DNA from: Azolla caroliniana
Taxonomy: Eukaryota > Plantae > Polypodiophyta
Direction: 5' to 3'
Length of the DNA stretch: 64,000 bases
Assembly: GCA_043228905.1 (NCBI GenBank)
Contig: JBHGNT010000012.1
Coordinates: 3,100,001 to 3,164,000, forward strand
Under the pieces are notes generated by a model, which was not told the origin of the DNA, searched no databases, and saw nothing but the letters and a program-made list of their open reading frames with translations. The position numbers and the translations under genes were made by a program. Shown here in pieces: positions 1-13,300 of this stretch (positions are counted from its first letter, which is position 1; each line of letters opens with the position of its first letter).

Positions 1-1443
1 GAGCAATCTATTTACACATTAGTGAACCTAAATAAACACCGCCTAATATGTTGTCCTCATACACTAAGACATAAGGTCACTAGCCTTGCATTAGTGTTTT
101 CATGTATTTTAAGCTTAACATGGGCACCATGACAATCCAATCCATGGCTACCATAGGTAATCCCTCGAATCTACTTAGTGCACTACTCTAGGAGGGAGAA
201 TGGTTTTATGGAGTACATAGTAGTAATCAATGCAAAAACCAATTTGTATAAACATTGTAAGCTCAAGATTCATGACAATGGCAAAAGCCAAGCTACCATG
301 TTGTAAGCACCTCATTGACACACAACAAACCTCTCCTATTATGTTACCCTCATTCATTATTAGTCATTCAACATCTATGCTCTTATAAATTGGTATTCTA
401 ATCATTTCTAAGAACTCTGTGCATATCCTAGTAAAGCATCCATTCATTCATAATGCAATCAATCTCTCTAGCTCATGATCTATAGTCTACTTGGTTTTTT
501 ATTCTAATTTTGCTTGATTGCTATATTTTCGATATAGCAATAGCAACAGTTATGTTGATTCTTTGACAGAAAAGTGCAAAATATATTGGATGCATTACTC
601 AGTTCATACAATGGGAAGGTGTATAGCATGAGTGAAATTCTCCTGAAGCAAACATGTAAGTTATGTATTATTGCACATGTTTCATAACTGGCTATAGGAG
701 CGATAACACATATATGTACATTGGTATGTAGATCCCAATGTATGCATGAATAAAATGATTTCTATATATTTACTTAAACTTACTCTCTTAACAAAAGTAT
801 AGCACATAATTAGTAAAGTAATTTCATTTAATCAAAAAGAAAATGAAACAAAAACTGGCATCAAAAGCTCCTCTCCAAGCTATATGTTTCAGATTCATTC
901 AAATTTTAGATCACACGGAAGTTTGTTCATCCTAATGTTCTCATTCTGATTGGTTTAGGTTTGCATTTTAGTTTCAGTAAATTGAGTTTTAAGCAATAAA
1001 TAATAAAATATAAAATGGTGGAGCATGTGAAAGAGAATATCTCCAAAATGTCGTTGCATTAAAGTCAAATTTCAATATTACATTCTTCATGGTGCTGACT
1101 TTCTCCAAAGTCAAAGGCAATGGTTCAATCACATATTCAAAAAAAAAACCTTACATCAATTAATACAACATGCATGAATGCACAAAATAGGAAAGGCTGA
1201 GTTTTCTTTCCTTTTACAACCCAAAAAAAAAAGAAAAGACAATATACTGCTTCGAATTTTGATGTGTAAAAATATAAGATCAACTGACCGACCAATCGAC
1301 CGGCAAATATCTGTATTTATAATTCATGCTTTTCCAATCCATAATCTTGCAAAGAAATTTGGCATTGAAAAAGAAGCTTCGTAGACCATGTATTTGAACC
1401 ATTTTGTGTTTTCCTGAAGCTGTACAGTTGATGATGTCTATCC

Positions 1444-4400
1444 TCAAGTGTACATAAATGATGATGACGAGAAGGCTCCTGAGACGGGAAACTTTTCTCT
1501 TTCTTACAAACCATGTCACAAAACATTCATTGGTATGTTTATGTGTTTTCTTTACTCCATTTTGTGGCTTTATTACCAGCAAAGTAAAAATATCAAATGG
1601 TTTTGATATCGAACACTACGGGTTTTTCTCAATCCAAATTCAACCTGATGGAACACTAGGGGTGTGTTGAGTTGTATATTTTATTCACACAGAGTTATAC
1701 AGTTAGTGGTTCGGAAATGAATATTATCTTCACACGGTTGCAGCCCCGCGACGCTCTGCTCATCATCACACAACACTCAATCAGCCAAAAACCAAAACAA
1801 ACACTTTCTGGCTATGGCAACCGAGGGCAAGATCAGGAATTGAACCCCAGATGACCCATAACGGTATATAAGGGGATGGCCCTAACCGGTATGCCAATCT
1901 CTCAGTTGCCATTAAACTAAAGAAATCCATCCCAAATTTCCCAACAAGAAGATTACTCCTCTCTAGTACATGATTAGATGCTACATTGGGATATTCTGGT
2001 AAATACTAAATACCCAACACCTATATCTATGTTTGGTGTTTTGCCCAAAAAGAAATAAATCTCTTCCATTTTCTCTTCTTCAAGTTGGAAAGGTGTATTT
2101 CACTTACCTCCAGCCATGACAAGTTTTTCAACGCGAGTTACAATGTGCTTCCCGTAAGTGTACTTCTTCAATGCGTGTAAATGAACCCGTATCCGAGAAA
2201 GCAGCACTTCACGTTGTTGGTCATCACATGTTTCTAGAACCTTCTGAACAACATAATTCGCAAACTGATCTTTCATCATAGCCTGTGAAAAAGCATTATT
2301 ATTCTTAAGATATCAACACATTGGATTCTTAAAAGAGAAAAAAAATTAAAACAACATGATTTAATTGATTTCTAGAAGAGAAACTTGAAAAACAACATGA
2401 TCGACATACTAATTTCATCATAGCCGCGGACGAGATTTCTTTTTATGTTAGCGAGGGATGAGATTTCTTTTTATGTTTTCTTCATTTCTTTAGGGAAATA
2501 ACTAGATTGAAAGAGAAAACATGAAAATAACATAACTTGCATACTCATCTTTCATGATAGCATGCTATGAGATTTTCTTCTTCTTTTTGAGCTCTTTAGG
2601 GGACACTATATCGGAAGTGAAACGTCTTAAGATCATATTTGCATGCAGATCTTTCAACATATAGCCTATAATGAGATTTTGTTTTTATTACCTCTTTCAT
2701 CATATAGCTTAATCTTGATTTGAGATATAAACAAGCTCATATCATACTAAAATGCAATGTTACAATTTCTTAGGCTTCCTTTGGATTATTAATATGTCAT
2801 ACTTAAAATGCTATATTTGGGTTATGAACAATCACCATGTCATGTTTAAAATGTATACAAATTAGCCCTCATTTCGGTTGTGAACAAGCATAAGCTTCAA
2901 AATGCAATGTTAGAAATGCAGTGTCTTCATTGCAGTCCATGGACAAGGGCATGCCATGCTTAATAATACATGTAATTGCAAAACTTAGTGATACTACCTG
3001 CAAGGGCTCATTCTCGTCCGTCTCACCAAGCATTTCTGTGATTAACATTTGACGTTCTTTAGGGCCCCCAAATTCAAGACATTTCTCGACAACATTCGAA
3101 GCAAATTTGTGCTGGCTCATTTGGACTATTTGCCCAAGCATTTTTGTCAAGATCTCAGTTTTCTCCTCTGGTTTGCCATGCTCCAGGATGTGCTGCCATA
3201 AAAGGATATAAAGAAAACAATATTCCCATCATGAGCAAAGAGTACTTGAAAATGCATCCATATGAAATTCAGAAAAAAGTCAACTCCATGATACCTGCAC
3301 AACATAATTACCATACTGGTCCTGTGCTAAAGTGCACACATCTTCTAAGATTTCTTTCATAATACCACCTTGTTTTTGCTCGTCATTGCAATGCTCTAAA
3401 ACCCGCTGCAATAAAGAAATATGTGATGAGAGAGAGAGAGAGAGAGAGAGGTCTCCATTGTTAATTCAGCGGAAAACACATTGGCAAAGTTAGAAAGTAT
3501 ATGATTGACCTGGATGACCCGGCAACCATATGGATGGGTAGAGAGCACAACAACTTGCCCTTTGAAAGATGATAATATGAACAAAATATGATCTGAAGGA
3601 ACACATTCTATACATTTCTGGATAACGTGATTTCCATTTTGATCTCGTACACATCGCATTACATGGCCATCTAGCTCCGATATTATCTTAATCTGCTGTT
3701 CTACATCAAGAACTTCCAAAGCCTGGATTGAGGATGTTTAAAATGTTAAGTACACTCAAATGGATGAACATTTTATGAGAAACGAAACGGAAACTTTGTA
3801 TAACTGAATATACAAGAGGGATGAATGTAACACCTTTTGTATGACTCTACACCCATACATTTGAAGTGTTAATGCCAAGACATGTCCCACAAGCTGTTCT
3901 ATAAGTTGTAACCTTTGTGCAAGGGTTCCGTGCTCAAGGAACTGCCACCTCAAGGAAATAAAAGTAACTCCACAAATCCCAAGTATATGTCCAAATTTCA
4001 GATTTCACTTAAATAACAATAAAATGAAATAAAGGGCATGTATAACCACCACATGGATAGACTAATTTCCTATAAGAAGTACAGCATTAATAGCTATAAG
4101 CACCAAAACCAGAGGTACAGTTTATTTAAAAGATCTAACTTTTCATTGATGTTCTACGCTTTCAATGGAAATAAATGTATGACTTTAATTCCTTTCTTTC
4201 TGTCTCATTATCAGAGTCTCAGAGGAGAAGCTACTCTCAAGGTAAGCTATTTTACATACACATGAACAAGATTTGTAAGCTTGCTGGAAAGGCATGATGA
4301 CCAGCAACCACCCACCCAGAAACATGCAAAGTAAATTGTTACCTTTTGAATGACATAGTTGCCAAAAACATCAGTCATCAGATTGAAAGCATGTGGCAAG

Positions 4401-6923
4401 ACTTCCTGAAACACTGATTCCTTCTCCTCTAATGATACACTCTCCAACTTCTGCTGAATGAATCGACTTCCATGCTGATCAGAGCTGGGCAAAAATGTCG
4501 CAAAAGAAAATATACCAATTCTTACAGTTAATTATACAAACTTTTGGTTAGAAAAACCCCCAAAGAACAAAAAGAAACGAAAAGAAAAAGAATCACCTAA
4601 ACTCAACCACATGGCCAGCTATGTCTGCGAGTTCAAATTTTCTTGTTTTATTGTTTTTCAACTCGTCTAGCAAAGTTGAGCCCCTAATTTCTTCTCCCGA
4701 ATCACTTGTTCCCGTGTGAACATTGGTCCTTCCAACCCCTACAGGGATACGTGAATCGGTTTGTCTCAAGGAGAATGCATTAGCTACCATAGGAGAGCCA
4801 GGAAGCAAAGGGCTTGAAATCGATGAGCTTCCATAAGGCATCACAAAGCCTATGCCAGGAGCCCCATAGTATGCTGGCACATAAGAGTTATTCTTGTTCC
4901 CTGGTTGTGCACCATAAGGAACACCTCTGGAGAGCTGCAATAAAGAATGTATCTGGTTTTTTTGCATCTCTAGCGGATCTGCTGACCCATATGGACCTCG
5001 TGGGTCACCTAAATTCAAAGCATTCCGAGCATTCTCAGCAGAATACTGCTGCAAATAATGATAATACAATGGATCTTGGAGGGTTTGCAAGGGAACCCCA
5101 CCTTGAGATGAGTATTTATATAATTGCTGTACATCCGCACCCACACCATTAGAGGAACCAGATGGTGGTGTTCGTGTAGAGGTGGTATCATATGATGGAT
5201 AATTAGCCATTACAGCTGGTATAAGAGAAGGATTTACAGCTGCATAAGCCCCAAGACCATAGAGTGGGGCATATGCATGTAAACTTGGATAATAAGGATT
5301 TGTCGCCATATATGACATGGCAGCTGCCATGTTATTCGTAGCCCCAGAAACCTGTTGTTGCAAGCTTGTAGTGGAGTTTGACGGATTATATCTAGCTTGC
5401 ATCCTATTACTTGATTCTGGTCCTGAGATGCGATGAGGATTTTGGTGTTGTTGAGCTCGAATTGTTTGCTGTAACGCATATTGGAGCTGTACACCCTCCT
5501 CTTCTTGTTTATCTGATGAGCCAGAAAGGTTTATATTTTGTAACCGAGCAGCCAACTCAGCAGTTCCAGTTACACCAGCCAGTCTCCCAGCTTGCTCTGA
5601 TGTCGGGATTCTCGAAACGGAACCAACTGTAGAGTTACTCAGCATGTGCATTATAGCTGGTTTTGGTGTTGTCGAGCGGGAGCTCAACAAGGGGTTTGGT
5701 GTTGTGGACCGAGAATTCATTGCAGGGTTAGATGCATTTGAATGAGAAGTTGAAGTCCCGGATGCATCTTCCTGCCGAAAGAAATAGCATTCACGTCATA
5801 ATAATGAATCAAACTAAACATAATGGAAAACATAGTCATCAAGCGATTGAGAAACAAAAATGCTAAAGAAAATTGAAACACATGCCTAAATAAAACCTCC
5901 TATACTCTCTTGTCTGTTTGCATAAGGTGACCAAACTAAATGTGCATTCGGGTGATGCATTGACATGTAGTAATTTATGAGAATGAAAAACAAATATACC
6001 TACCCAACAAGGGAAATCGAAGCACTTACCTAATTAACGCCTATCAAGCTCTCAGATTGGTTACCATATGATGAATGTGCATATGAGAGATGCACTAATA
6101 AGTCGTAGATGATCCAGGGAGAAACAAAAATATTGAACCAACCAAACAAGATCAAAACACCTTTCTTACATACGGCCTACCACACAGATCAATTATCTTA
6201 TGAATGAACTAAACTATATGTATATGAGAGATGCAATGGTAGGTAGTAGTTCATGTGAGTGAGAAACAAAAAATGCCTTGACCAAGTAAAGGTAATTGAA
6301 ACACCTACCTGAAGACGACCGACCATGCTATTTGATCGGCTTGCGTATGCTGATGAGCCATCACCCCGTACCTCTTTGCGCAATGGGAGTTTCTCATCCT
6401 CCAGCTCGGGCTCCTCCTTGTGTGTTGGAAGAATCGATTGTGACAGAAACAAAGATCTCCCATTGCTATTATCCAAAGATTTGAGCCTCCCTGCGGCCAA
6501 TTGCTGGGCGAGATGATAATTCTCTCTAGTAATGAGAGGTGGAGGCAATCTTGGGTTGAGGCTAACATGAGAATAATAGTAAGCTAGATATGTGGGGTCA
6601 GATCGTAGCTGTTGTTCTGACTCAACAATACCACTGCCAATGACACCACCAGATCCCAAAAGTTGGTTTCCACTCATTGAAGCCAAAGACCCTTCAACAC
6701 TAGGAGGTGCACTTCCACTTCGGTGTAGAGAACCCATATCTCTTGTGTTAAGAATGTTATCCAACCTAGAATGAGACTTCAATAGCATATCCAACTCTTG
6801 GGTGGCCGCCTTCTCATTGCTCAGATTTCCATTCAATATTCCAGGTGGCCCTGATGCTTGTCTAACATTGCCACCACTTGTTCCCATTGCTCCTTGAATT
6901 CCACTTCCACCAATATTTTTCAT
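1444..6923 (-). CDS. Pumilio/PUF RNA-binding protein (APUM1-6 class), 9 coding exons
   Basis: Phase-consistent GT-AG exons: 6923-6309, 5771-4597, 4484-4343, 3941-3834, 3722-3510, 3405-3295, 3192-2998, 2282-2108, plus a probable last exon 1502-1444 (GEREKF...YT*, AAG acceptor, less certain). N-terminal plant motifs [13 protein letters not shown] and [16 protein letters not shown]. Eight Puf repeats with recognition sets SRFIQ, NYVIQ, CRVIQ, NHVIQ, CRVIQ, NYVVQ, SNVVE, NYVVQ. Confidence 0.93.
1814..1912 (-). mobile_element. tRNA-derived SINE-like head in the last Pumilio intron
   Basis: Minus strand has A-box-like TGGCATACCGG and B-box GGTTCAATTCC at tRNA-like spacing, a TGGC/GCCA D-stem, and a 12-bp enclosing inverted repeat with one G-U pair. 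No TSD seen. Confidence 0.5.
2271..2710. repeat. Degenerate ~135-bp tandem repeats in the Pumilio intron, copying the exon start
   Basis: tttcatcatagcc-like motif at about 2271 (real exon), 2413, 2550, 2652 and 2696, usually followed by gagattt+T-run and preceded by aaaacaacatga-like words. Confidence 0.5.
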
Positions 6924-7154
6924 CCAATAGTGGATTGTTGAAGTTAGTGCTCCCTCTCCTGAATCTGATAAAGTACAGTTTTTCTTCTTTTATATAACTT
7001 ACGGTAGGCTTAATCAATTAATTCATATTGTGTATGGATCTATGTACCTATCTATCTTTGAGTCGCATACATATGCAAACCGATGGTTTCTCTCATCCCA
7101 CATTCAATGCATTGTATATGATATGCAGTATTTAAAAAGATTTTTAAATCTTAC

Positions 7155-7355
7155 CTTGAGCAGTCTTTGAAGGAGGAATAAGTTGAAAAACTGATTATAC
7201 TTCATGAAAGGTTCTTGGTTACCAATATAGTCAATCCATTGCAAGCCTATCATGTTATCTTAGAAACCCTACACACACGAAAGAAAGGAAATTTAGGGAT
7301 GATCAAAAAACATAACAAATTAAAGAAGAGCAATGGAAAGAGGGGGGGAGATACC
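7155..7355 (-). other. Predicted 5'UTR exons and introns of the Pumilio gene
   Basis: Donor AAG|GTAT at 7355/7354, acceptor TAG at 7270-7269, donor AAG|GTAAG at 7155/7154, and acceptor CAG at 6966-6965 upstream of the ATG at 6923. Confidence 0.55.
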
Positions 7356-7389
7356 TTGTAAGGTCAACGGGAATGAAACCCATGAAAGA

Positions 7390-8019
7390 ATGAGACAGAG
7401 AGAGAGAGAGGAACACTGAGACAGAGAAACGGGTAAGAAAAACCCGATTTGTCTCTCCCAAAACAGGAAAAAAAAAAAAAAGCAGAGGAAGAGACTGGTT
7501 TCTCTTCTTTTCTCTTCTTTTTGGTCTGTGTATGAGAGGAGAATGTTAGAATGGAAGACTTTAAGAAGGGAGGGGGGAGGGGGGAGGGGAGGAGAGAGAA
7601 GGAGAGAAGAGAGAAAGTCTTCTCTTGCTTTGTTCTTCCTAGAAACCTTGAAAAAGCTGGCTGGATATGGAGATTCTATGCTATGCTGTGCTGTCTAAAA
7701 TCGGAGAGGAGCAGGAAACAGGAGATCCGACAAGCATGCCAGCAGAAGAGGATAGCTCTGATAGAGAGAGAGAGAGAGAGAACCCTAAAAAAAATAAACA
7801 CTGGGCCTGAGAAATTTAACAGAAATTTGAGAAAGAAATGGAGAAGAAGAAAAACTCAAGACACATTAACAACCAGAAGGAAGCAGAAAACAAAATCAGT
7901 CAAAAAAGAAATTACAAAATGGAGGAAAAAAGCAGAAATCAAAAAACAGAGAAAGGAAAAACAGGGGCAGTTTCAATTAAGTAAAAACCTCCAAAACAAA
8001 AAAATAAAAACAGAGGAGA

Positions 8020-8056
<37 letters not shown>

Positions 8057-8290
8057 AGAAGAGAGTAGGAAAGTCAAACAGGTGAGAAAGTCTAGAGAGA
8101 GAGAGAGTCTAGAGAGAGACTGTGCAGCCGTGGGCCCGGCCCCGTTCCGTCCCATGAGCTCGTGCCGGTCCCTTGTGGACGTTCACGATCTTTCTGTGTC
8201 TTTGTCTTTGTCTTTGTCTGTGTCTGTGTCTGTGTCTGTGTTTGTGTTTGTACCTGTCTCCGTGTCTGTGTCTGTGTCTATATTTGTGTG
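7390..8290. promoter_or_regulatory. Pumilio promoter/leader with GA repeats, site II-like TGGGCC and (TGTGTC)n microsatellite
   Basis: (GA)n tracts at about 7400, 7763 and 8024-8119; gtgggcccggcccc at about 8130; TCTGTG/TCTTTG hexamer repeats at 8192-8290. Confidence 0.5.
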
Positions 8291-11275
8291 TCTCGGCATG
8301 TCAATGCTTGACTCGCATATGCATCTACGCATGCATAATGCACTTTGCCATCCATTCGTTACGTTCACTCCGCCTTGTTCCTGAGAGAAGTACACCCGGG
8401 CCACATCACGTATGGGACCAAGCCAGACGTGGAATTGAAACTGCGGCAGAAACCTCGGAAACCGGCCAAAGCCCACAGGAAACTACTAGAAAATGTTTGC
8501 CCCCTGTCGACCTCGCAACGCCACATGACGAAGGATGAACGCTTGTGGAAGCGGAAAAAAGGATCCAAAGGCAAAAAACTATTGAAAATGATCGAGTCAA
8601 AGCACGAAGGCATATGTAAGAGAAGTGTCGAGGGCTCTTCTTCTAAATTGATCAAAAGGAGGATTAGAGGATATGTATCCAACCAAAGAAGGGAGACGAT
8701 TTCGAGAACATTTCATCTTCTTAACATCCACATGCTCAAATTTATGGCTTTGATGCTACTCTCTAAACCACCATGTCAATTGATGATACTAATAAGTTAA
8801 ATTGGGCTTAACCAACTACTGATCTTGACTCTAATTAGATATTGTTTGCTCTAACCAAGTTGGTGAATAAGTTACTTTTGCTCATGCTTAACCAATTCAT
8901 CAAACAATTAGTCATTAATAAAGGTCAAACAAATTAGTTTGAATTGGCCACTAATTAGAACACATATTTGCTCCTTGTAGAAAATAAATGAGCATTTTGG
9001 AGGGGTGTACTTGTATTTTAGAGGGTATACCGATGCTTCTCTCTAATAATGATTTGTAATTTCTTTAAATACATCGAGCCCCTCCTCCATCTCTTGTTCT
9101 CATACATCGAACAAAGAAAAAATGTACACGTGGAATAATTGATGACGCACACATTAAGTCATACACATTTCCCACATGGGAGACTCTTAAGCATGTATAT
9201 GAGGAGGGAAAAACATATTAGTCTTTTACAATTGTTCTCATAGAACAATCTAAATCCTCATTAGGTTAATACCAAGCATTGAACAAACTTGAATGTTGGT
9301 GGGTTATGCCTCATCTTAGGAAGGGTTATCATAAATTGCACATTAGAGTCTTGCTCAATTTAACATTCAATGTATATGCTAGTCACAACTAGCAATAAGA
9401 AGAAGAAACATTGTGTTATATTAGAATCGCCTCATATGTATTAAAGTACAAAATGTGCTAGAATTTTGTTTTTTTGGTTATGTCTTACTCTTTGTTGTTG
9501 AAAGCTTATCAACTTCCAAATGTTGTTGGCAGAACTAAAACAAGGAGTGCAATGATCTTAAATGCAAGTTGGGCCCCAAATTGAATGTCACGTATCTTGA
9601 TGGAATATGGCATGAGTCCATTGTTTTGTCTTATCCAACAATTGTTTCTCTTGAAAATATGTCTTCTTTTCACTATCTAGGGGTTGATAACAATAGCAAT
9701 TGACTTTCAAATATACTCTTTGAAGAAGATAACCTTGTAATCAATTCAATAAAGGTGACCTGTAGGGTGGAAACCAGAATAAAAGACATATTACGAGGAG
9801 TTTGTGGTTTTTCAATGTATCCTCTTCTATTATTACATAGGATTAAGGTTGTTAAAAGGCACACATTGGTCTCTTGTTAAAAATGCATGTATCATAGACT
9901 TGGCTCCTTTAAGGGGACCTACAAAACTTGAAAATGCTCAAAGAATGACGTAGTAGCACACCATTACGGTCCCTCATTCTACATTTTCCATAATGGTTGA
10001 GGTGTACTATTGATTGGCCACTTCTCTCCAACTTTCTCCATAAAACTTGTGTAAATTTCGGGTCGTTGTCCTCTATATCTTGCACGATATCCATCTCAAG
10101 TGGAATATAAATATTGTGTTTGTTAGCACCTCAAGATTAATTTATCCTTCTTTTAGTGACAAAATAATATAGTGATTGTTCAAAGAAGATATGTTAGGCG
10201 TTATTTAAAAACTTAAATCTATGACATGATCTAGCAACAACTAATAGATTTTTAGCATTTTGTTTTGCAATAGTAAGCCATGTAAAGGTATGAATTGCAG
10301 CTCAAATAGTTTTAAGAATAGGAATATTGATTGTTATATGCATGAGCGCGCGCGTGTGTATTTCATGAGTCTCTATGGACAAGGAACAAATAATTCTACT
10401 TCTGTATTAATCATTTTTTATTCTCTTGATAGATGAACATGAATCTACTACCCACTCATGTGCTCACAAATGTTGAAGACTCCCTTATCATGCATTGTAA
10501 TATACCCTATAAAATCGTAGTATCTAGAATATTGTGAATTGTCAAAAGGTGTGTCCCTTTTGCATTGAGCATTGGTGTTTTCATTGAGAGGCACTTTTTT
10601 AACAAGAATCATAGTGTATTTGGAGATTAGTTGTGGCAATAGCGTGGTAGTTGGTTTTAGCCTCATCACTTGCGATACTAGCTTTGGGATATCGCATGTC
10701 CAATTATCAAGCAACGTTTACCAGAAAACCAACATTTGAGTGGGTTCAAATATAGCTGACACTCTCAAATTGTTTGAAAGATGTCCCTTATCAAGCTCGG
10801 GTGCTCTCCTTGGGTAGAGTTCTAACAAAGGTTGTATAGGTATGACTTTACTCTTTCTTGTCATGTGGTGAAAGGATATCTAATGGTTCACTTCTTGTTA
10901 GATCATCGTGAGAGATTGGGCAAATCTGGTGTGCACCCTCTAGTGGGTGATGGAAATGTGTGCGAACCATTCTCAAGCATATCTCACAAGGTCTCGTAGG
11001 CTTGAGGGAACTCTCTTACATGCAACTCATGTGGATGGCATTCGACGGAGCTTATGGTCACATCTTGCACACTACTACACCATCATATCATGACCATGAC
11101 ATTGCCTTCCGACCCACCAAAAGCACCTTCTAAAATTAATGCATAACATCGCTAACCCTTCCAATGCTAGCCACACCGCTCAAATAACCTCATTGACCCT
11201 ATCCCACCTCCCTCTTTCACCTTACTATGTCCATTATTGTTGCCCACAGTCCTGAAGCCACCCCCTCCTCACCAA

Positions 11276-11727
11276 TAACAATTGGCAACGGTTCGGTTTG
11301 AATTGAACCAATCCGCAAAACTGTGGCTTAATGATTTAACGGTTCAGATCGGTTTCAACAGTTAGAAACCGCGATTTAAATAGTTGAACGGTTTTTTCTT
11401 TTCTTTTCTTTTTTTAAAAATAAAAAATTGTTTATAAACAATCTTTTCATTTTCATGCCTTATTCTCACATTTTAGGGAAATCTTTAAAAAAAAAAATAT
11501 TTAAATAATGAAAATTTCCAATTTTTTAAATTTAAATTTTAAAATTTGACCTAAGCTTAAAACCGAAATCAAACCACGAAACTCCGGTTTTACCAGTTTA
11601 ATGGGTTAACGGTTTGATTTTTTTAATGGTTCGGTTTAACGGTTTCGTGGTTCTGTCCGGTTCATATTTCTAAAATTTTAAACAATTCGGTTTTGACCCT
11701 CTCAACCCGAACCGTTGCCGATTGTTA
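11276..11727. mobile_element. hAT-type MITE with 8-bp TSD
   Basis: TIRs taacaattggcaacggttcggtttga / tcaacccgaaccgttgccgattgtta, exact 8-bp TSD ctcaccaa (11268-11275 and 11728-11735), and many subterminal aaccg/cggtt motifs. Confidence 0.85.
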
Positions 11728-11749
11728 CTCACCAACCGCATTGATCACC

Positions 11750-13300
11750 CACACATTGTTCACACATAAACTGATTTACCATCTCCTTCAAAGGATTACA
11801 TTGCCTCACCTGCCAACTTTCACCCTCACCCCATCACACACCTCAGTGAGCATAACATGCCCAACTTGGACCAACCTATGTTTGGGCACCACGCCCACTA
11901 CACACACCCATATCTCTTGATGTTCACTCTACCAACATCCAACGTATCATGAGCATTGAGATCCAAACCCTCATGTAGGCATATTTGTATAGCCCACGTC
12001 CTCACCTTGTCTCGATCCCATAAGGTTTCATTGGTGAAATCCTCTGAAGAAGTGTCATGGTGACTCATCTTATCACACACCTCATTCTCCACCATCATTC
12101 AGCAACGATGGCCATGTGACGTGTCATTTCCTTCGATGCTTTCATGTCAACCATTCCTATGAAAAGTTTCACCAATTCAATCCAGTAGTTGAAGTAAGAT
12201 GCACAACAATGAGTGACTCCCATATTGTTTCACCCATCACTATGTCACCCCACTACATTGACAATGTGGTCTCTTCAAACTTCCACTCATGCTTACCACC
12301 TCTACTAGTTCTATCCAAAAGTTACCCCAGAGAGCAACAAATGAACATTCTTCGCTACCCCTAGTTTTATGCAAACAAGCTAAAAAGATGGTCCAATAAC
12401 GTGTCTGAGTAAGATTAGTATTGGACCCACCCTATCAGAAAGCCTCTCCTCAACAATTTGGGTGCTAAACCATTGGCGCATCCCCTTTTTCGATGATGCA
12501 CCCAATGGTTAATTGTTTCACCTCCAACTTGCAAAGACCCATCCTCCACACTCATCCCACTTTCTATCTACTTCCTTGTTGTTGGATGTGGTCCAACTTC
12601 TACACATACATCAAAGTTGTACCTCACTTCTATTCAATTTATCGACCCTCCGAAAACCTCACCACATGAAACCTACAAAGGATGATGTGTTGTAATCGAT
12701 CACCTTCATATAATATATTCCTTATCCTGGCATACATGCATCCATTTGTTTCTTCTCCTTCCTCCCAAGTTCTCTCTAATTCACCCCTTTTAGAAGACCA
12801 TACTTTCCAACAATTTGATCATCCACAATGGGCCATCACGTTTGATCTCACCTACAACCTTACCGAATGCCAAATGGTTGGCTTGTGGATGCACACACTT
12901 CAACTACCATCATCTTACGTATGGGATTTTGATTCAATGAAAAACATATTTTTGTTTCCCCTTCGCTCCAACTGAGTACCGCTAGCTCTCTCTTCATGAT
13001 GAATGATGTAGATATGGCTCACTAGTGAGATTCCACAACTCCTCACCATTGTGTCTCAACTTTTCAAAGACTTGCTTCCTCCCCTCAACTTTTGCAGCAT
13101 CACCGACACCTTCATTGTGACTTGGCACAACAACAAACATGAAAACTTTCCACATTGTTATGAAGTTCTTCATCCTCAGTGGTCCATCCACCGTGCCAAA
13201 CCCCACTCCCCTCTCATACACTTCACCACTTGAAATCCCCACCCCTTTTTGGCACACTTCCCACCACTTCGTCACCTTTGTTACATGACCCTATCAAAAT
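11750..13300 (+). mobile_element. Highly degenerate non-LTR (LINE) reverse transcriptase remnant
   Basis: Translations LSTSLLLDVVQLL (resembles LL(F/Y)ADDxVLL) preceded by GAKPLAHPLF (resembles QGCPL.P.LF) and followed by QLFKDLLPPL, in LINE RT motif order. Many stops and frameshifts. Confidence 0.4.

Noticed and set aside
713-720. Pumilio response element TGTACATA downstream of the Pumilio stop (autoregulation?)
   Set aside because: A single 8-mer about 720 nt downstream in AT-rich DNA, with unknown 3'UTR extent; expected by chance.
7551-8538. Long ORFs of 277 aa and 121 aa on the + strand
   Set aside because: They arise from GA-rich and (TGTGTC)n low-complexity promoter DNA (ERERE, SVSVS, CLCLC) and contain no domain.
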